From Blastocatellia bacterium (GTDB lineage Bacteria; Acidobacteriota; Blastocatellia; RBC074), in assembly GCA_031371805.1 (NCBI GenBank), contig JANMKB010000163.1:1-42863 (forward strand): a stretch of DNA of 42,863 bases, written 5' to 3'. Numbering within the stretch: the first letter of the stretch is position 1; every line of letters starts with the position of its first letter. The position numbers and the translations under genes were made by a program. The notes beneath the pieces were generated by a model. The model did not search any database. It saw nothing but the letters and a program-made list of their open reading frames with translations, and was not told where the DNA came from. This document shows positions 8,736 to 19,469 of this stretch, in pieces.

Positions 8736-9680
8736 TTAAGTCCGAAAAAATACATCAACTTTTTCACGACTTTCCATCTGCAATTTTCCCTCCGCGACAG
8801 CCAAATCCAAATGCGCAATGGATTCTGAAACAGCCAGAAAGCGCGTCATATCTTTTACTTTAGGAAACAGCAAAAAAGACAATTCGTGACCATTGATGCC
8901 TGCTTCAGGCACGAGGTTCACGACTTTGCTTTGCCGCTCATTCACATGCCGTAACAGACGCGACAAATATTCTTCGTAATCAATCACATCATCGCCGTGC
9001 GAAGTTTTGAGCAGGGTTGGCGCAAGTCCGCGAATTCTTTCCAGGGAAGCGAGGTAATTTTTTAGCGCGGGAAATCGCCGCGAAGAATCACGCGGGTCGG
9101 GATTTAAAACCGGATTCGGTGTGATGTTTTTGAGAATCGTATCACCTGCCAGAACAAGGCGTGTGGCTTCGCGCAACAGGCAACAACTGCCCGGTGTATG
9201 ACCAGGTGTGTGGATGACGCGCAGCGAACCCGTCGCAAAAATAAATTCGTGGTCATCACGATAAGAAGCGATGTCTGCGACAGCATCAGCATAGCTTTTT
9301 ACTTTTGCGTAATGCCCTGTCATCTGTTCATTTTCGGCGGACGGAGCGCCGGCTCGTTCCAGCAAATGCGGATGCACGCGAGTCCTGCCCTGCCCCGTCA
9401 AATTTTTCGCCTCCCACTCATGAACATACACACGCGCACCCGAAGCCTGCTGCAAAAATCCGGCCAGCCCGCAATGATCTTCGTGCGTGTGCGTGAGGAT
9501 AATGCGCTTGATGTCTGTCAGTTGAAAACCCAAATTGCTGAGCTGAAATGTAAGCGCGGCGATGGCTTCATCAGTTTTTGGCCCCGTGTCCACCAGCGTG
9601 AGCGGATCATCCACAAGCAAATAAACATTGATGGGGCCAACAGGAAATGGAGTGGGGATAACAAGTTTTTCAATACGCAT
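8736..9680 (-). CDS. MBL-fold metallo-hydrolase
   Basis: HxHxDH motif (THTHEDHCG) and further His/Asp ligand positions. I prefer the ATG at 9680 (MRIEKLVIP). The upstream extension MRICGSNF is translated repeat sequence. Confidence 0.8.
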   Translation of the reverse strand: MRIEKLVIPTPFPVGPINVYLLVDDPLTLVDTGPKTDEAIAALTFQLSNLGFQLTDIKRIILTHTHEDHCGLAGFLQQASGARVYVHEWEAKNLTGQGRTRVHPHLLERAGAPSAENEQMTGHYAKVKSYADAVADIASYRDDHEFIFATGSLRVIHTPGHTPGSCCLLREATRLVLAGDTILKNITPNPVLNPDPRDSSRRFPALKNYLASLERIRGLAPTLLKTSHGDDVIDYEEYLSRLLRHVNERQSKVVNLVPEAGINGHELSFLLFPKVKDMTRFLAVSESIAHLDLAVAEGKLQMESREKVDVFFRT

Positions 9681-9709
9681 AAAATTTGAGCCACAGATTC
9701 GCACAGATT
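9681..9709 (-). repeat. Tandem AATCTGTG motif abutting the MBL hydrolase start codon
   Basis: Minus strand reads AATCTGTGCGAATCTGTGGCTCAAATTTT-ATG. It matches 23/28 with the element at 23416-23443. Confidence 0.6.
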
Positions 9710-9750
9710 GACCTGAATGTCATCCGCGCTAAGCTGTGGCTCAAGGTAAT

Positions 9751-12700
9751 TTAAAACTCAAATCTCAGCCCCAGCCGCATCGTGCGTGCTTTCAAGGTTC
9801 GGGAAGGAACTAGAAAAGCACCCAAACTGTTAGGCGCAAAATCCACATACTCCGCGCCGAAATTAAAGACCGTAGAATTGAGCGGATTGAAAACTTCGAC
9901 CTGTGGCGTAAGTTTGCGATGCTCGCCGAGATTGAACAGGCGCGAAGCTCGTAGGTTCATTGAGTGCAGCATTGGCCCACGTCCGGCATTGCGCGGCAAA
10001 TTCCCAACAGAACCAATTGTGGGAAGTGAAAAAGCTGCGACCAGATTCTGATCCAGTGTTTCACTCAAGCGCCGCCAGCCGAGTTGATTTGTATTGCCGC
10101 TGAAGTTCGGACGATCCGTGCCGACATCATCCAGATTGCGATCATTGCCGCCGATGCCGAGCGTGAAGGGGCGCGATGAACTCATCGTCAAAATTCCGGC
10201 CAGATTTATGTGACCCAGCGCCGGCGGAAATTTGTAGGAACCGCTCAGCGCAAAACGATGCCGGGCATCCAGCAAACTCAAGGCTCGCTCGCGGCGAAAA
10301 TCACCGACGACAAGCGGCGATGAAGTATTGACTACGCCGTCGTCAATCAGTTTGCTGAACGTGTAAGCTGCATGAATAAAGGCGCGTGACGTGATACGGC
10401 TGCTGAGCTTGAAATTGACACCGTGATAATAACTGTTGCCACGCGACTGTAATTCCTCCACCTGCGTCAATTCAGGATTCGGGCGCAGTGTGCGAACGGC
10501 AGCCAGGGCCGCACGAAAAACACTGGTGGCGCTGCTCGTGGATTGATTATTCAATCCAAAGATCACCACTGTTTTACCGTTTTCTTTGATCGTTGCGCTT
10601 GAGGTTTGGCTCAAATTAAAACGCGCAATATCGGCATTTCCCGTTGTGCTAATCGGGCGGAGCTTTGTCCCTGGATCAATTGCATTGTTGAAATCACGGG
10701 AGGTTAAATACGCCGTAAAATCAGTGAAGCCCGTTGGCAAACGCGGAGCATTGGAATTTGATTCGCGCCATAAATGCGCACCGCGATTAAAAACATACGT
10801 CACATCAACTGAAAAATGTTTTGCAATTTGGCGCTCAAAGCCGAGCGATGCCTGATAGCTTTCAGGAATACGAAAACCTTTTTCCAGATGACGCACAAAG
10901 GCAGATTCTTTAACTCCGAATTGCGCGACACGTGGATCAGCCGCCGACAAAATATTCGGAAATTTAATTTCGGTCAATAAAGATGCGGCTGCCGCGTTGT
11001 CAGTATCAACCAGTAATTTATTTGCGGTCAGCACATAATCATCCAGCGTGTGCAACAAAGCACGGTTATAAAAAATTCCGTAGCCAGCGCGAATGACAGT
11101 TTTGCCGCTCGAAAACGGATCCCATGCCAGCGCAATGCGCGGGCCAATATTGTTGCGGTCGGCAAGAATCGTTTCGTTATCCCAGCGCACACCGAACGCC
11201 AAAGTCAGGTTTGACCGAAGCCGGAAATCATCCTGAAAAAATATTCCCCGGTAAGTGTTGCCTAAATTTGAAGCTGTCAAAAAGCGCTGCGTGTAGCGCG
11301 AGAATTTCCCCGCTAAAAAGTCTGCCGGAGACGCAAACCGAAAGGTTCCTGTGACATCGCTCAAATCTTCAAAACGGGAATGAATAGAGTGAATGTCAAC
11401 GCCTGCCCGCAGGCTGTGCGAGCCGAGCAAATAGCTGAATGTGTCCTGCACCTGATAGCGATCTTCGCGGCGATTAGTACCGCTGAGGTTGCTTGAGCCA
11501 GCCGTGAGTGTACCGTTGCGGGTCAGCGAATTCGCATTCGCGTTACCGCTCACATCACGCGGATCATCAATGTCAATGATGATGACCGGGTTTTGATTCA
11601 AGGGTGCATCAGCCGGAGCCAGCCGCGAAAATTGAAAGCGCGCCTGATTTACTGCCCGCGAAGAAATCGTGAAGTTGTGCGCGACCGCGAAGGCTTCACT
11701 ATTGCGCCCTGTCGTTCGCAAGGTATCAAGCAAGCGCCTGCCGCCGGGAAATGATCTTTCATCGCGTTGCCGGGCCAGAGAAAAAATCGTAAAGAGGTTG
11801 TGTTTGTCGCTGAGGTTGAAATCATTCCGCATTTGCAAAGTATGCGCGACACGCGGCGTGGTTACCTGTTGATCGAAAAATCCAACGGCGGCTCCGCCAT
11901 TGACCGTTGCGGCTTTGCCATTTTTATCGTAAGTAATGCTGCCAAGATTTGCGCCGTTTGGTGGCGTTAACGGAAAAGCTGAATTCGCGGCAACCGGAAC
12001 CAACGCGGCAATATCTGCGTGATCATAAACGTTGTCATATTCGTAAGCGGCAAAGAAAAATAATTTTTTACGAAGCAGCGGCCCACCAAAAGTAAAGCCT
12101 GGATTGTGATTCTGATAGGGCAGGCGGAAACCACGTGTTGGGTCTGAATTGCGCGCATACGAATTTGCATTCAGGGCTTCGTCACGAAAATAATAAAAGC
12201 CTCGACCATGAAAATTATTCGTGCCACCGCGCAAACGCAGATTTACGCGCCCGCCGGAAGCTCTGCCATATTCGGCAGAAAATTGATTCGTGATGACCTG
12301 AAATTCTTCGACCGCATCAATCGAAGGCGTAAATCGTTCTCGCGCTCCGCGATCATCGTTGTTGTCCAGCCCCTCAATCGTCAGATTATTTGAGAACGGA
12401 GTGCCACCATTTAGCCCAAAAACTCCGGCTTCTTCGGGCGTAGAGCGAAAGCGGTCTTTGGTATCGCCTTCCGCCAGTTGGCGTTCATCATAGGCTGGCG
12501 GAGCGGCACCTGGCAGCGTAAAAATCAGGTCGTTAATGTTGCGGCTTTCAGTTGGCAATTCGTCAATTTGACGTTGACTAAGCGTGTCGCCAACTACTGT
12601 CCGTTGCGTGTCAATCAGGACTTGATCGTTGACGGATTCGACCGTTATCTGTTCATTTAATGCGGCCAGTTCAAGTCTGAAATCACGGCGCACTTTGCTG

Positions 12701-13005
12701 CCGGCAACGGCTTCAATGTTGGCTTTCACGGTGCGAAAACCATTCACTTCAATTTGTAATTCATAAATTCCAGGCAACAATGAATTGAAATGGTAGCGAC
12801 CTTCCTGATCGCTGGTTGTAATTCTTTCCTGGGCAGTCGAGTTTGATTTGAGTTTGATTTGTGCGTTGATAATTGGTTGTTGCGCACTATCAGTTATTGT
12901 TCCTTCAATTGAAATATGGTCAAGATCATCGGCTGAAACGTTTGTGGCTACGATAAGGCTGAGCAGGCAAACACCAATCCAGCAGACGATAAAACTACGT
13001 GGCAT
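9751..13005 (-). CDS. TonB-dependent outer-membrane receptor with N-terminal carboxypeptidase-regulatory-like domain
   Basis: 1084 aa with a signal peptide. CarboxypepD_reg-like segment (GTITDS...GRYHFNSLLPGIYEL), a plug region, a long beta-barrel and a C-terminal aromatic residue (…LGLRFEF). Confidence 0.85.
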   Translation of the reverse strand: MPRSFIVCWIGVCLLSLIVATNVSADDLDHISIEGTITDSAQQPIINAQIKLKSNSTAQERITTSDQEGRYHFNSLLPGIYELQIEVNGFRTVKANIEAVAGSKVRRDFRLELAALNEQITVESVNDQVLIDTQRTVVGDTLSQRQIDELPTESRNINDLIFTLPGAAPPAYDERQLAEGDTKDRFRSTPEEAGVFGLNGGTPFSNNLTIEGLDNNDDRGARERFTPSIDAVEEFQVITNQFSAEYGRASGGRVNLRLRGGTNNFHGRGFYYFRDEALNANSYARNSDPTRGFRLPYQNHNPGFTFGGPLLRKKLFFFAAYEYDNVYDHADIAALVPVAANSAFPLTPPNGANLGSITYDKNGKAATVNGGAAVGFFDQQVTTPRVAHTLQMRNDFNLSDKHNLFTIFSLARQRDERSFPGGRRLLDTLRTTGRNSEAFAVAHNFTISSRAVNQARFQFSRLAPADAPLNQNPVIIIDIDDPRDVSGNANANSLTRNGTLTAGSSNLSGTNRREDRYQVQDTFSYLLGSHSLRAGVDIHSIHSRFEDLSDVTGTFRFASPADFLAGKFSRYTQRFLTASNLGNTYRGIFFQDDFRLRSNLTLAFGVRWDNETILADRNNIGPRIALAWDPFSSGKTVIRAGYGIFYNRALLHTLDDYVLTANKLLVDTDNAAAASLLTEIKFPNILSAADPRVAQFGVKESAFVRHLEKGFRIPESYQASLGFERQIAKHFSVDVTYVFNRGAHLWRESNSNAPRLPTGFTDFTAYLTSRDFNNAIDPGTKLRPISTTGNADIARFNLSQTSSATIKENGKTVVIFGLNNQSTSSATSVFRAALAAVRTLRPNPELTQVEELQSRGNSYYHGVNFKLSSRITSRAFIHAAYTFSKLIDDGVVNTSSPLVVGDFRRERALSLLDARHRFALSGSYKFPPALGHINLAGILTMSSSRPFTLGIGGNDRNLDDVGTDRPNFSGNTNQLGWRRLSETLDQNLVAAFSLPTIGSVGNLPRNAGRGPMLHSMNLRASRLFNLGEHRKLTPQVEVFNPLNSTVFNFGAEYVDFAPNSLGAFLVPSRTLKARTMRLGLRFEF

Positions 13006-13176
13006 AGCTTATCTCCTGTTTTCTTTTTCTACTTCACCCTTGTTTTGAACTACGAGACCTGACGACTTTAGTCAGAGGCAGAGAGGAGTAAAGGTTACAG
13101 CGGGAAAAGTGATCGTGCAAGAGCAGTACGATTGATAAACCACAGCAGACGCAAATAAATGTTCCTGCAAAACAAA

Positions 13177-13202
13177 AAGCGCAGGGAAAATTCCCTGCGC
13201 TT
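13177..13202 (-). terminator. Rho-independent terminator of atpC
   Basis: 10-bp stem AAGCGCAGGG/CCCTGCGCTT with a 6-nt loop, followed on the minus strand by TTTTTGTTTTG. Confidence 0.65.
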
Positions 13203-13233
13203 CAGCAGCCTGATTTGGTCTGCTTATTTTATT

Positions 13234-13629
13234 TTATCCCGCGAGCTGAATCCGGGTTTTGGCGCGCTCAAGTTTTAATTCAGCGCGGGCGGCATCAATT
13301 TCGCTCCCGCCTGACACGCGTTTTTCAGCGCGTCCTAATGCCGCTTTGGCGCGTTCGACATCAATATCTTCAGGCTTTTCGGCGACATCTGCCAGCACCG
13401 AAACCTGATCGCCTAACACTTCGGCAAAACCGCCGCTGACGTGCAATCTTTTTTGCTCGCTGCCCTGACGATAGGTCAGGATGCCCGTCTTGAGTTGTGT
13501 AATCAGTGGTTCGTGATCGGGCAGGATGCCAAGTTCGCCGGTCAGTCCCGGCAGGACGATTTCGTCAACGGATTCACGCAGCGCCAGTTTTTCAGGAGTG
13601 ATAATTTCGAGGTTGATTTTATTTGCCAT
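13234..13629 (-). CDS. atpC: F0F1 ATP synthase subunit epsilon
   Basis: 131 aa. Family-typical N-terminal beta-sandwich (LEIITPEK...LPG..GELGILPDH) and C-terminal helices. It lies directly downstream of atpD. Confidence 0.9.
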   Translation of the reverse strand: MANKINLEIITPEKLALRESVDEIVLPGLTGELGILPDHEPLITQLKTGILTYRQGSEQKRLHVSGGFAEVLGDQVSVLADVAEKPEDIDVERAKAALGRAEKRVSGGSEIDAARAELKLERAKTRIQLAG

Positions 13630-13634
13630 GAGTT

Positions 13635-13717
13635 GGTTTCGAGTTTTGAGTTTCGAGTTTCGAGGATTCGGAGAAAACTCTTGCTTTCTCGAAACTCAAA
13701 ACCCGAAACTCGAAACT
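13635..13717. repeat. 83-nt imperfect palindrome (about 30-bp stem built from GTTTCGAG-like units) filling the atpD-atpC spacer
   Basis: Arms at 13635-13664 and 13688-13717 pair at 26/30 positions with a 23-nt loop. Only 5 nt of non-palindromic sequence remain on each side of it. Confidence 0.75.
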
Positions 13718-13722
13718 GCCAC

Positions 13723-15192
<1,470 letters not shown>

Positions 15193-15327
15193 TTAAAATG
15201 GTCGCTTAAAACAGACACTGGTTAGTTGATGAAATACTGCTAATTTAAAGCGGCAGAGTTTACACGATCTAAAAAATTATTGCCAGTAAGTTCAACTTCA
15301 TTATTCAAATTCCCGTGACTCCGCCAA

Positions 15328-15357
15328 TTGACGTTTCCGCCCAGGGTTTGTTAGTAT
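15328..15357 (+). promoter_or_regulatory. Candidate sigma70-like promoter for the tRNA gene
   Basis: TTGACG (15328-15333), an 18-nt spacer, then TAGTAT (15352-15357), about 29 nt upstream of the tRNA 5' end. This is a pattern match only. Confidence 0.35.
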
Positions 15358-15385
15358 CACCGCTCGCTGACGGGTTTGACAATTC

Positions 15386-15460
15386 GGGCATATAACTCAG
15401 TGGTAGAGTGCTGCCTTCACACGGCAGAAGTCACAGGTTCAAATCCTGTTATGCCCACCA
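15386..15460 (+). tRNA. tRNA-Val (anticodon CAC), CCA encoded
   Basis: Hand-folded cloverleaf. Acceptor GGGCATA/TATGCCC, D stem ACTC/GAGT, anticodon stem CTGCC/GGCAG with loop TTCACAC, T arm ACAGG-TTCAAAT-CCTGT, and 3' ACCA. Confidence 0.9.
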
Positions 15461-15525
15461 TTTTCTGCCTTGCAAGAAAGCCGCCTGGGAATGAGACCTG
15501 CGCGGCTTTCTCACTTTAATGCAAT

Positions 15526-16083
15526 ATGAGACATTCATCATTACTTGACCGCAAACGCGCCGCCCTCGCCGTCATTGATATACAGGAAAAATTTCGCCCG
15601 GTGATGCCAGGCTTTGATGAAATCGCGCAGCGTATCGCGGTGCTGGTGCAGGGCTGTAAATTGCTGGGTGTGCCAATCATCGTGACCGAACAATACCCGC
15701 AAGGTCTGGGTCGCACAGCCGCAGAAGTCGCAACGCTCTTACCTGAAGACAATGCGCCGATTGAAAAGCGGTGCTTTTCATCGTGCGGAGTGCCGGATTT
15801 CGATTTGCAATTCCGCGAAAAACATATTGAGCAGATAATGATCGTTGGTATCGAAGCACATATTTGTGTCAGCCAAACGGTGCACGATTTACTAAAACTT
15901 GGCTATCAGGTGCATTTGATTAGCGAGGCAATTGGCGCACGTTTGCCGCATAATCGAGAAGTGGCACTCAGTAAAATGCAGAATTCCGGGGCGCTTATTT
16001 CATCCATCGAAATGGCTTTATTTGAAATGATGAAATCGGCGGATGCGGCAGAATTTAAAGCGGTGCAGCAGTTGATAAAGTGA
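15526..16083 (+). CDS. Isochorismatase-family cysteine hydrolase
   Basis: Family pattern ALAVIDIQEKF..., K in the central region, and the catalytic Cys context GIEAHICV. Confidence 0.8.
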   Translation: MRHSSLLDRKRAALAVIDIQEKFRPVMPGFDEIAQRIAVLVQGCKLLGVPIIVTEQYPQGLGRTAAEVATLLPEDNAPIEKRCFSSCGVPDFDLQFREKHIEQIMIVGIEAHICVSQTVHDLLKLGYQVHLISEAIGARLPHNREVALSKMQNSGALISSIEMALFEMMKSADAAEFKAVQQLIK

Positions 16084-16084
16084 A

Positions 16085-16116
16085 AACCCTGATGAATCGC
16101 GTGACTCATCAGGGTT
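16085..16116 (+). terminator. Hairpin just after the isochorismatase stop (no U-tract)
   Basis: 11-bp stem AACCCTGATGA/TCATCAGGGTT with a 10-nt loop. It lacks a following T run, so its terminator function is uncertain. Confidence 0.4.
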
Positions 16117-16336
16117 AACGGTAGACTGTTGAGATTGACTGTGGCGGGCATCTTTGCTCGGAAAGCCAAAATCTTAACTTTTCTGAACGAGAGGACGACC
16201 GTTTAAGTCGCAGTCACCTCACTGTGTAATCTACTCATAAACTTTAGACCACCTCCTTTCTCAGTGTTAAGTTACATTCTAAAACTGAGATATTGTGGTG
16301 TCAATAAATAATTTAAGAATATCTTGTGGTTTTTGC

Positions 16337-17179
16337 ATGACTAAGGATGAGGCTCGTCAGCAGTTCCGGGAAATTATTCAGTGCGAAGATTCAGTTCTGG
16401 CGCTCGACCACGCAGCATTGCTGATTGCGGCGGAAGATTATCCAAATTTAGCTATCGAAGATTATCTGTCACAGCTTGATACTTTGGCAGAAGAATCGCG
16501 CCAGCGCATGACGGAAACTGAACTGCATCATCCGCTTGATTGCACGACGGTTTTGGCGGCGCATCTTTTTTACGAAGGGCGTTTCAATGGCAATGCGGGA
16601 AATTATTACGATGCTCGCAACAGCTTTCTGAACGAAGTGATTGATCGTGGCAAAGGGATTCCAATTACGCTGTCAGTAATTTTTATCGAAGTTGCCAAAC
16701 GGCTGGGCGTAGAACTTTTTGGCGTTGGAATGCCCGGTCATTTCATCGTTAAATATGCGGATGAAGGACAGGAAGTTTTTTTCGATCCATTCAATGGTGG
16801 AAAAATTTTGACCAAAGATGATTGTCGGCAAAAAATCGAAGCGATGTACAACAATCAGGTGAAGTTTAATTCCTCTTTTTTACAGGCCTGCACAAAAAAA
16901 GAAATTCTCAGCCGCATGCTGCAAAACCTGAAAGGAGTTTATTTCAATGCTTCAGATATGAACAAAGCTTTGGGAGTGATTGAGCGTTTATTGCTAATCA
17001 ATCCTGACGCAATGATTGAACTGCGTGATCGCGGGTTGGTGTGTTTTACCTTGAAAAAATATTCGCAGGCACGCGTTGATTTGGAGGCTTATTTAAAAGC
17101 TGGTCCGCAGGCTGAAGACAGAGACAGAATCAAAGAAGTATTAAATGATTTACGGCAACGACAAGCGCGTTTGAATTAA
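16337..17179 (+). CDS. SirB1/UPF0162-like protein (transglutaminase-like N-domain + TPR-like C-domain)
   Basis: Typical motifs LFYEGRFNGN..NYYD..NSFLNEVIDRGKGIPITLSVIF.EVAKRLG..GVGMPGHF. I prefer the ATG at 16337. Confidence 0.7.
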   Translation: MTKDEARQQFREIIQCEDSVLALDHAALLIAAEDYPNLAIEDYLSQLDTLAEESRQRMTETELHHPLDCTTVLAAHLFYEGRFNGNAGNYYDARNSFLNEVIDRGKGIPITLSVIFIEVAKRLGVELFGVGMPGHFIVKYADEGQEVFFDPFNGGKILTKDDCRQKIEAMYNNQVKFNSSFLQACTKKEILSRMLQNLKGVYFNASDMNKALGVIERLLLINPDAMIELRDRGLVCFTLKKYSQARVDLEAYLKAGPQAEDRDRIKEVLNDLRQRQARLN

Positions 17180-17189
17180 AAGCAGGTCG

Positions 17190-18908
17190 TTATTTTTCAG
17201 CCCATAATGCCGAGTTTCGATAAATAATTTTCCCGTCAAAGACATTCAGCACGACGCGGGTCTCATGAATTTTCAGCGGATCAATTTTGAAGATGTCCTG
17301 CGAGAGAACAATAATGTCCGCTAACATTCCTGGTGCTATCATTCCTTTGAATTTCTCCTCAAAAGAAGCATATGAACCTGTGACCGTGTACGCACGCAAT
17401 GCCTGATCAGAAGTTACTCGCTGTTCAGGAATCCAGCCTCTCGGCGGATTTCCTTCAATCGTGCGGCGATTAACCGCGTTGTGTAAACCACGCATCGGAT
17501 CAACGCTGATCGTGGCAGGCCAATCGCTACTGAAAACCAGTCGCGCTCCATTTTTTTGTAATTCGTGCCAGGGAAAAGCGCGTTTTAGTCGTTCATCTCC
17601 GACGGCCTTCGACCAGACATCTATCGTGTCGGGATCAGCATGAATCGGCTCCATTGAAGCCAGCACGCCAAGCCTGGCGAAGCGCGGAATATCCCTGGCA
17701 GAAACCGTTTCGATGTGCTCGATGCGTGATCGCAGGTCGGGCTGCTTTACTCCTTGCCGAATTTTTTCATAAGCATCCAGCGCCATTTGCACCGCTTGAT
17801 CACCAATCGCGTGCGTGTAAATTTGGAAGCCGGCTTTTGCACACCGCGTAACCAGACCATTATAAATTTCAGCCTGATAAGATGGCTCGCCCTGCAATTT
17901 TGGATTGTCGCTATAAGGTTCGAGCATTGCCGCCGTGTGCGATTCAATCACGCCATCAAGAACAAATTTTACGGCTCCAGCTCGCAGCATCGGATTGCCG
18001 CGATATTTTTCTTTAAGCGAAATCATCTGTGTGAGCTTTTCATCCGTCAGCATTTTCCCCATTGAAAACGCGATAGAAGCCCGCAAGGTCAATTCGCCTC
18101 GCGCCAGCAATTCCTGATAAAGCGCGAGTTCTTCGACACTACCACTGGCGTTTTGAATACTTGTGATGCCAAGCGAAGCCGCGAGTTTCATTCCCTGACG
18201 TAAGGCTTCGAGTTGTTTTTCCTGCGAAGGAGTAGGAATTAATTTTCGGACCAAGCTTTGTGCGCCTTCTTTGAAAACTCCTGTCGGCTCGCCTTTTTCA
18301 TCCCGCACGATTTCCCCAAAGCCATCAAACTTTGTAGCGCTCGTGATGCCTGCCAGTTCAAGCGCACGGCTGTTTGCCCAACCTGTATGCCCATCATAAG
18401 CACGCAGATAAACAGGACGATCTTTAATGACCGCATCCAGGTTGGCGCGGGTCGGCAATCGCTGACCGGGGAAAGACGAATACTCCCAGCCTGCGCCTGT
18501 CAGCCACATTTCGTTCGGATGCTGACGAGCATATTCGACGACGCGGGAAAGCATAACCTCCAGCGAACGTGCGCCGATGAGGTTTATTTCCGTCAGATCA
18601 AGGGAACCACCCAGAAAATGTGTGTGTGCGTCGTTGAAGCCCGGCGTGACCAGACGACCACCCAGATCAATGACTGTTGTTGCTTTGGAAATCAGCGATT
18701 TGATGTCAGCATTTTTTCCTACGCGCACAATTTTGTTGTCACGAATGGCGATAGCTTCCGCCCACGGAGATTTTTCATTGCCAGTCCAGATGCGACCATT
18801 GAGCAGCACCAAATTAGCCGTTGCTGAAGTCCTGGCAAAAACTGAAAAGAGGCCAGAAAGGGTAAGAAAAACAAAGAGTATGGAGATAATACGCGACAAT
18901 ATTTTCAT
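17190..18908 (-). CDS. Amidohydrolase-family (Amidohydro_3, YtcJ-like) metal-dependent hydrolase, secreted
   Basis: FNDAHTHF metal-binding motif, HAIGD and a C-terminal SDWP motif. The internal start MKILSRIISILFVFL gives a signal peptide. The longer listed start would run into the rpsT terminator hairpin. Confidence 0.8.
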   Translation of the reverse strand: MKILSRIISILFVFLTLSGLFSVFARTSATANLVLLNGRIWTGNEKSPWAEAIAIRDNKIVRVGKNADIKSLISKATTVIDLGGRLVTPGFNDAHTHFLGGSLDLTEINLIGARSLEVMLSRVVEYARQHPNEMWLTGAGWEYSSFPGQRLPTRANLDAVIKDRPVYLRAYDGHTGWANSRALELAGITSATKFDGFGEIVRDEKGEPTGVFKEGAQSLVRKLIPTPSQEKQLEALRQGMKLAASLGITSIQNASGSVEELALYQELLARGELTLRASIAFSMGKMLTDEKLTQMISLKEKYRGNPMLRAGAVKFVLDGVIESHTAAMLEPYSDNPKLQGEPSYQAEIYNGLVTRCAKAGFQIYTHAIGDQAVQMALDAYEKIRQGVKQPDLRSRIEHIETVSARDIPRFARLGVLASMEPIHADPDTIDVWSKAVGDERLKRAFPWHELQKNGARLVFSSDWPATISVDPMRGLHNAVNRRTIEGNPPRGWIPEQRVTSDQALRAYTVTGSYASFEEKFKGMIAPGMLADIIVLSQDIFKIDPLKIHETRVVLNVFDGKIIYRNSALWAEK

Positions 18909-18946
18909 TGCAACCCGCCCGAAAAATTTCCCTAAAAATACAACAA

Positions 18947-18976
18947 GGCTGGACATCAGAATTCTGACATCCAGCC
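18947..18976 (-). terminator. Probable rpsT terminator hairpin
   Basis: GGCTGGACATCAG-AATT-CTGACATCCAGCC pairs at 11/13 positions. It is followed on the minus strand by a T-rich tract. Confidence 0.45.
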
Positions 18977-19006
18977 TCTTCATTAATGTGATCGTTATAT
19001 AAAAAC

Positions 19007-19279
19007 TTATTTGGCTGCGGTCAGCGTATTGACGTGACTGGTGAGTCGGGCTTTGTGACGTGCCGCCGCATTGCGGTGGATGACGCCTTTTTGAATCGCC
19101 TTATCAATTTCGGAGACCGTTTTAGGTAATAATGCTTGCGCACTGTCGGCATTTTTCGCCGCAATGGCAACACGCAATTTTTTGATTTCACCGCGCAGTT
19201 TGGTACGTCCGGCAGTGTTGAGAGCGTTTCGCTTCGTATTTTGACGGTCACGCTTTTCTGCTGATACATGATTGGGCAT
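19007..19279 (-). CDS. rpsT: 30S ribosomal protein S20
   Basis: 90-aa basic protein. MPNHVSAEKRDRQ...RN...R is the canonical S20 N-terminus. Confidence 0.95.
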   Translation of the reverse strand: MPNHVSAEKRDRQNTKRNALNTAGRTKLRGEIKKLRVAIAAKNADSAQALLPKTVSEIDKAIQKGVIHRNAAARHKARLTSHVNTLTAAK

Positions 19280-19469
19280 TTCTAAATTCTCCTCAGATTA
19301 CTATAGATAACTATTTCTGCTTCAACGCAAAGGGGTGAGTATAGGGATCACGCCAAAACATGTCAAGCTTGCGTTAATAGTTGCATTTTAGTATCATCCG
19401 CGCCGTTTTGCCCCCGCCTCGTATTTGCCCCACAAAGAATCTTAATGCCTGGTTCCAACTAACATAAAC

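Noticed and set aside
13006-13176. Possible riboswitch (for example cobalamin) in the leader of the TonB-dependent receptor gene
   Set aside because: I could not find a B12-box-like core or any other riboswitch signature I know in the minus-strand leader. Only cmscan could settle this.
13630-13722. Possible CRISPR-like or tandem-repeat array (GTTTCGAG units)
   Set aside because: The units are 8-9 nt with no spacers, and they are arranged as one inverted repeat. No cas genes are nearby. It is a palindrome, not a CRISPR array.
15461-15525. tRNA-Val as an integration hotspot (looked for an island or attachment repeat next to it)
   Set aside because: The tRNA is followed directly by a hairpin (GAAAGCCGC…GCGGCTTTC) and a normal-composition housekeeping-type gene. 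I saw no integrase and no duplicated tRNA 3' end.
18258-19002. Plus-strand ORFs of 189 and 141 aa
   Set aside because: They are antisense to the amidohydrolase gene, with no start context and a Cys/Arg-rich composition typical of reverse-strand artefacts.
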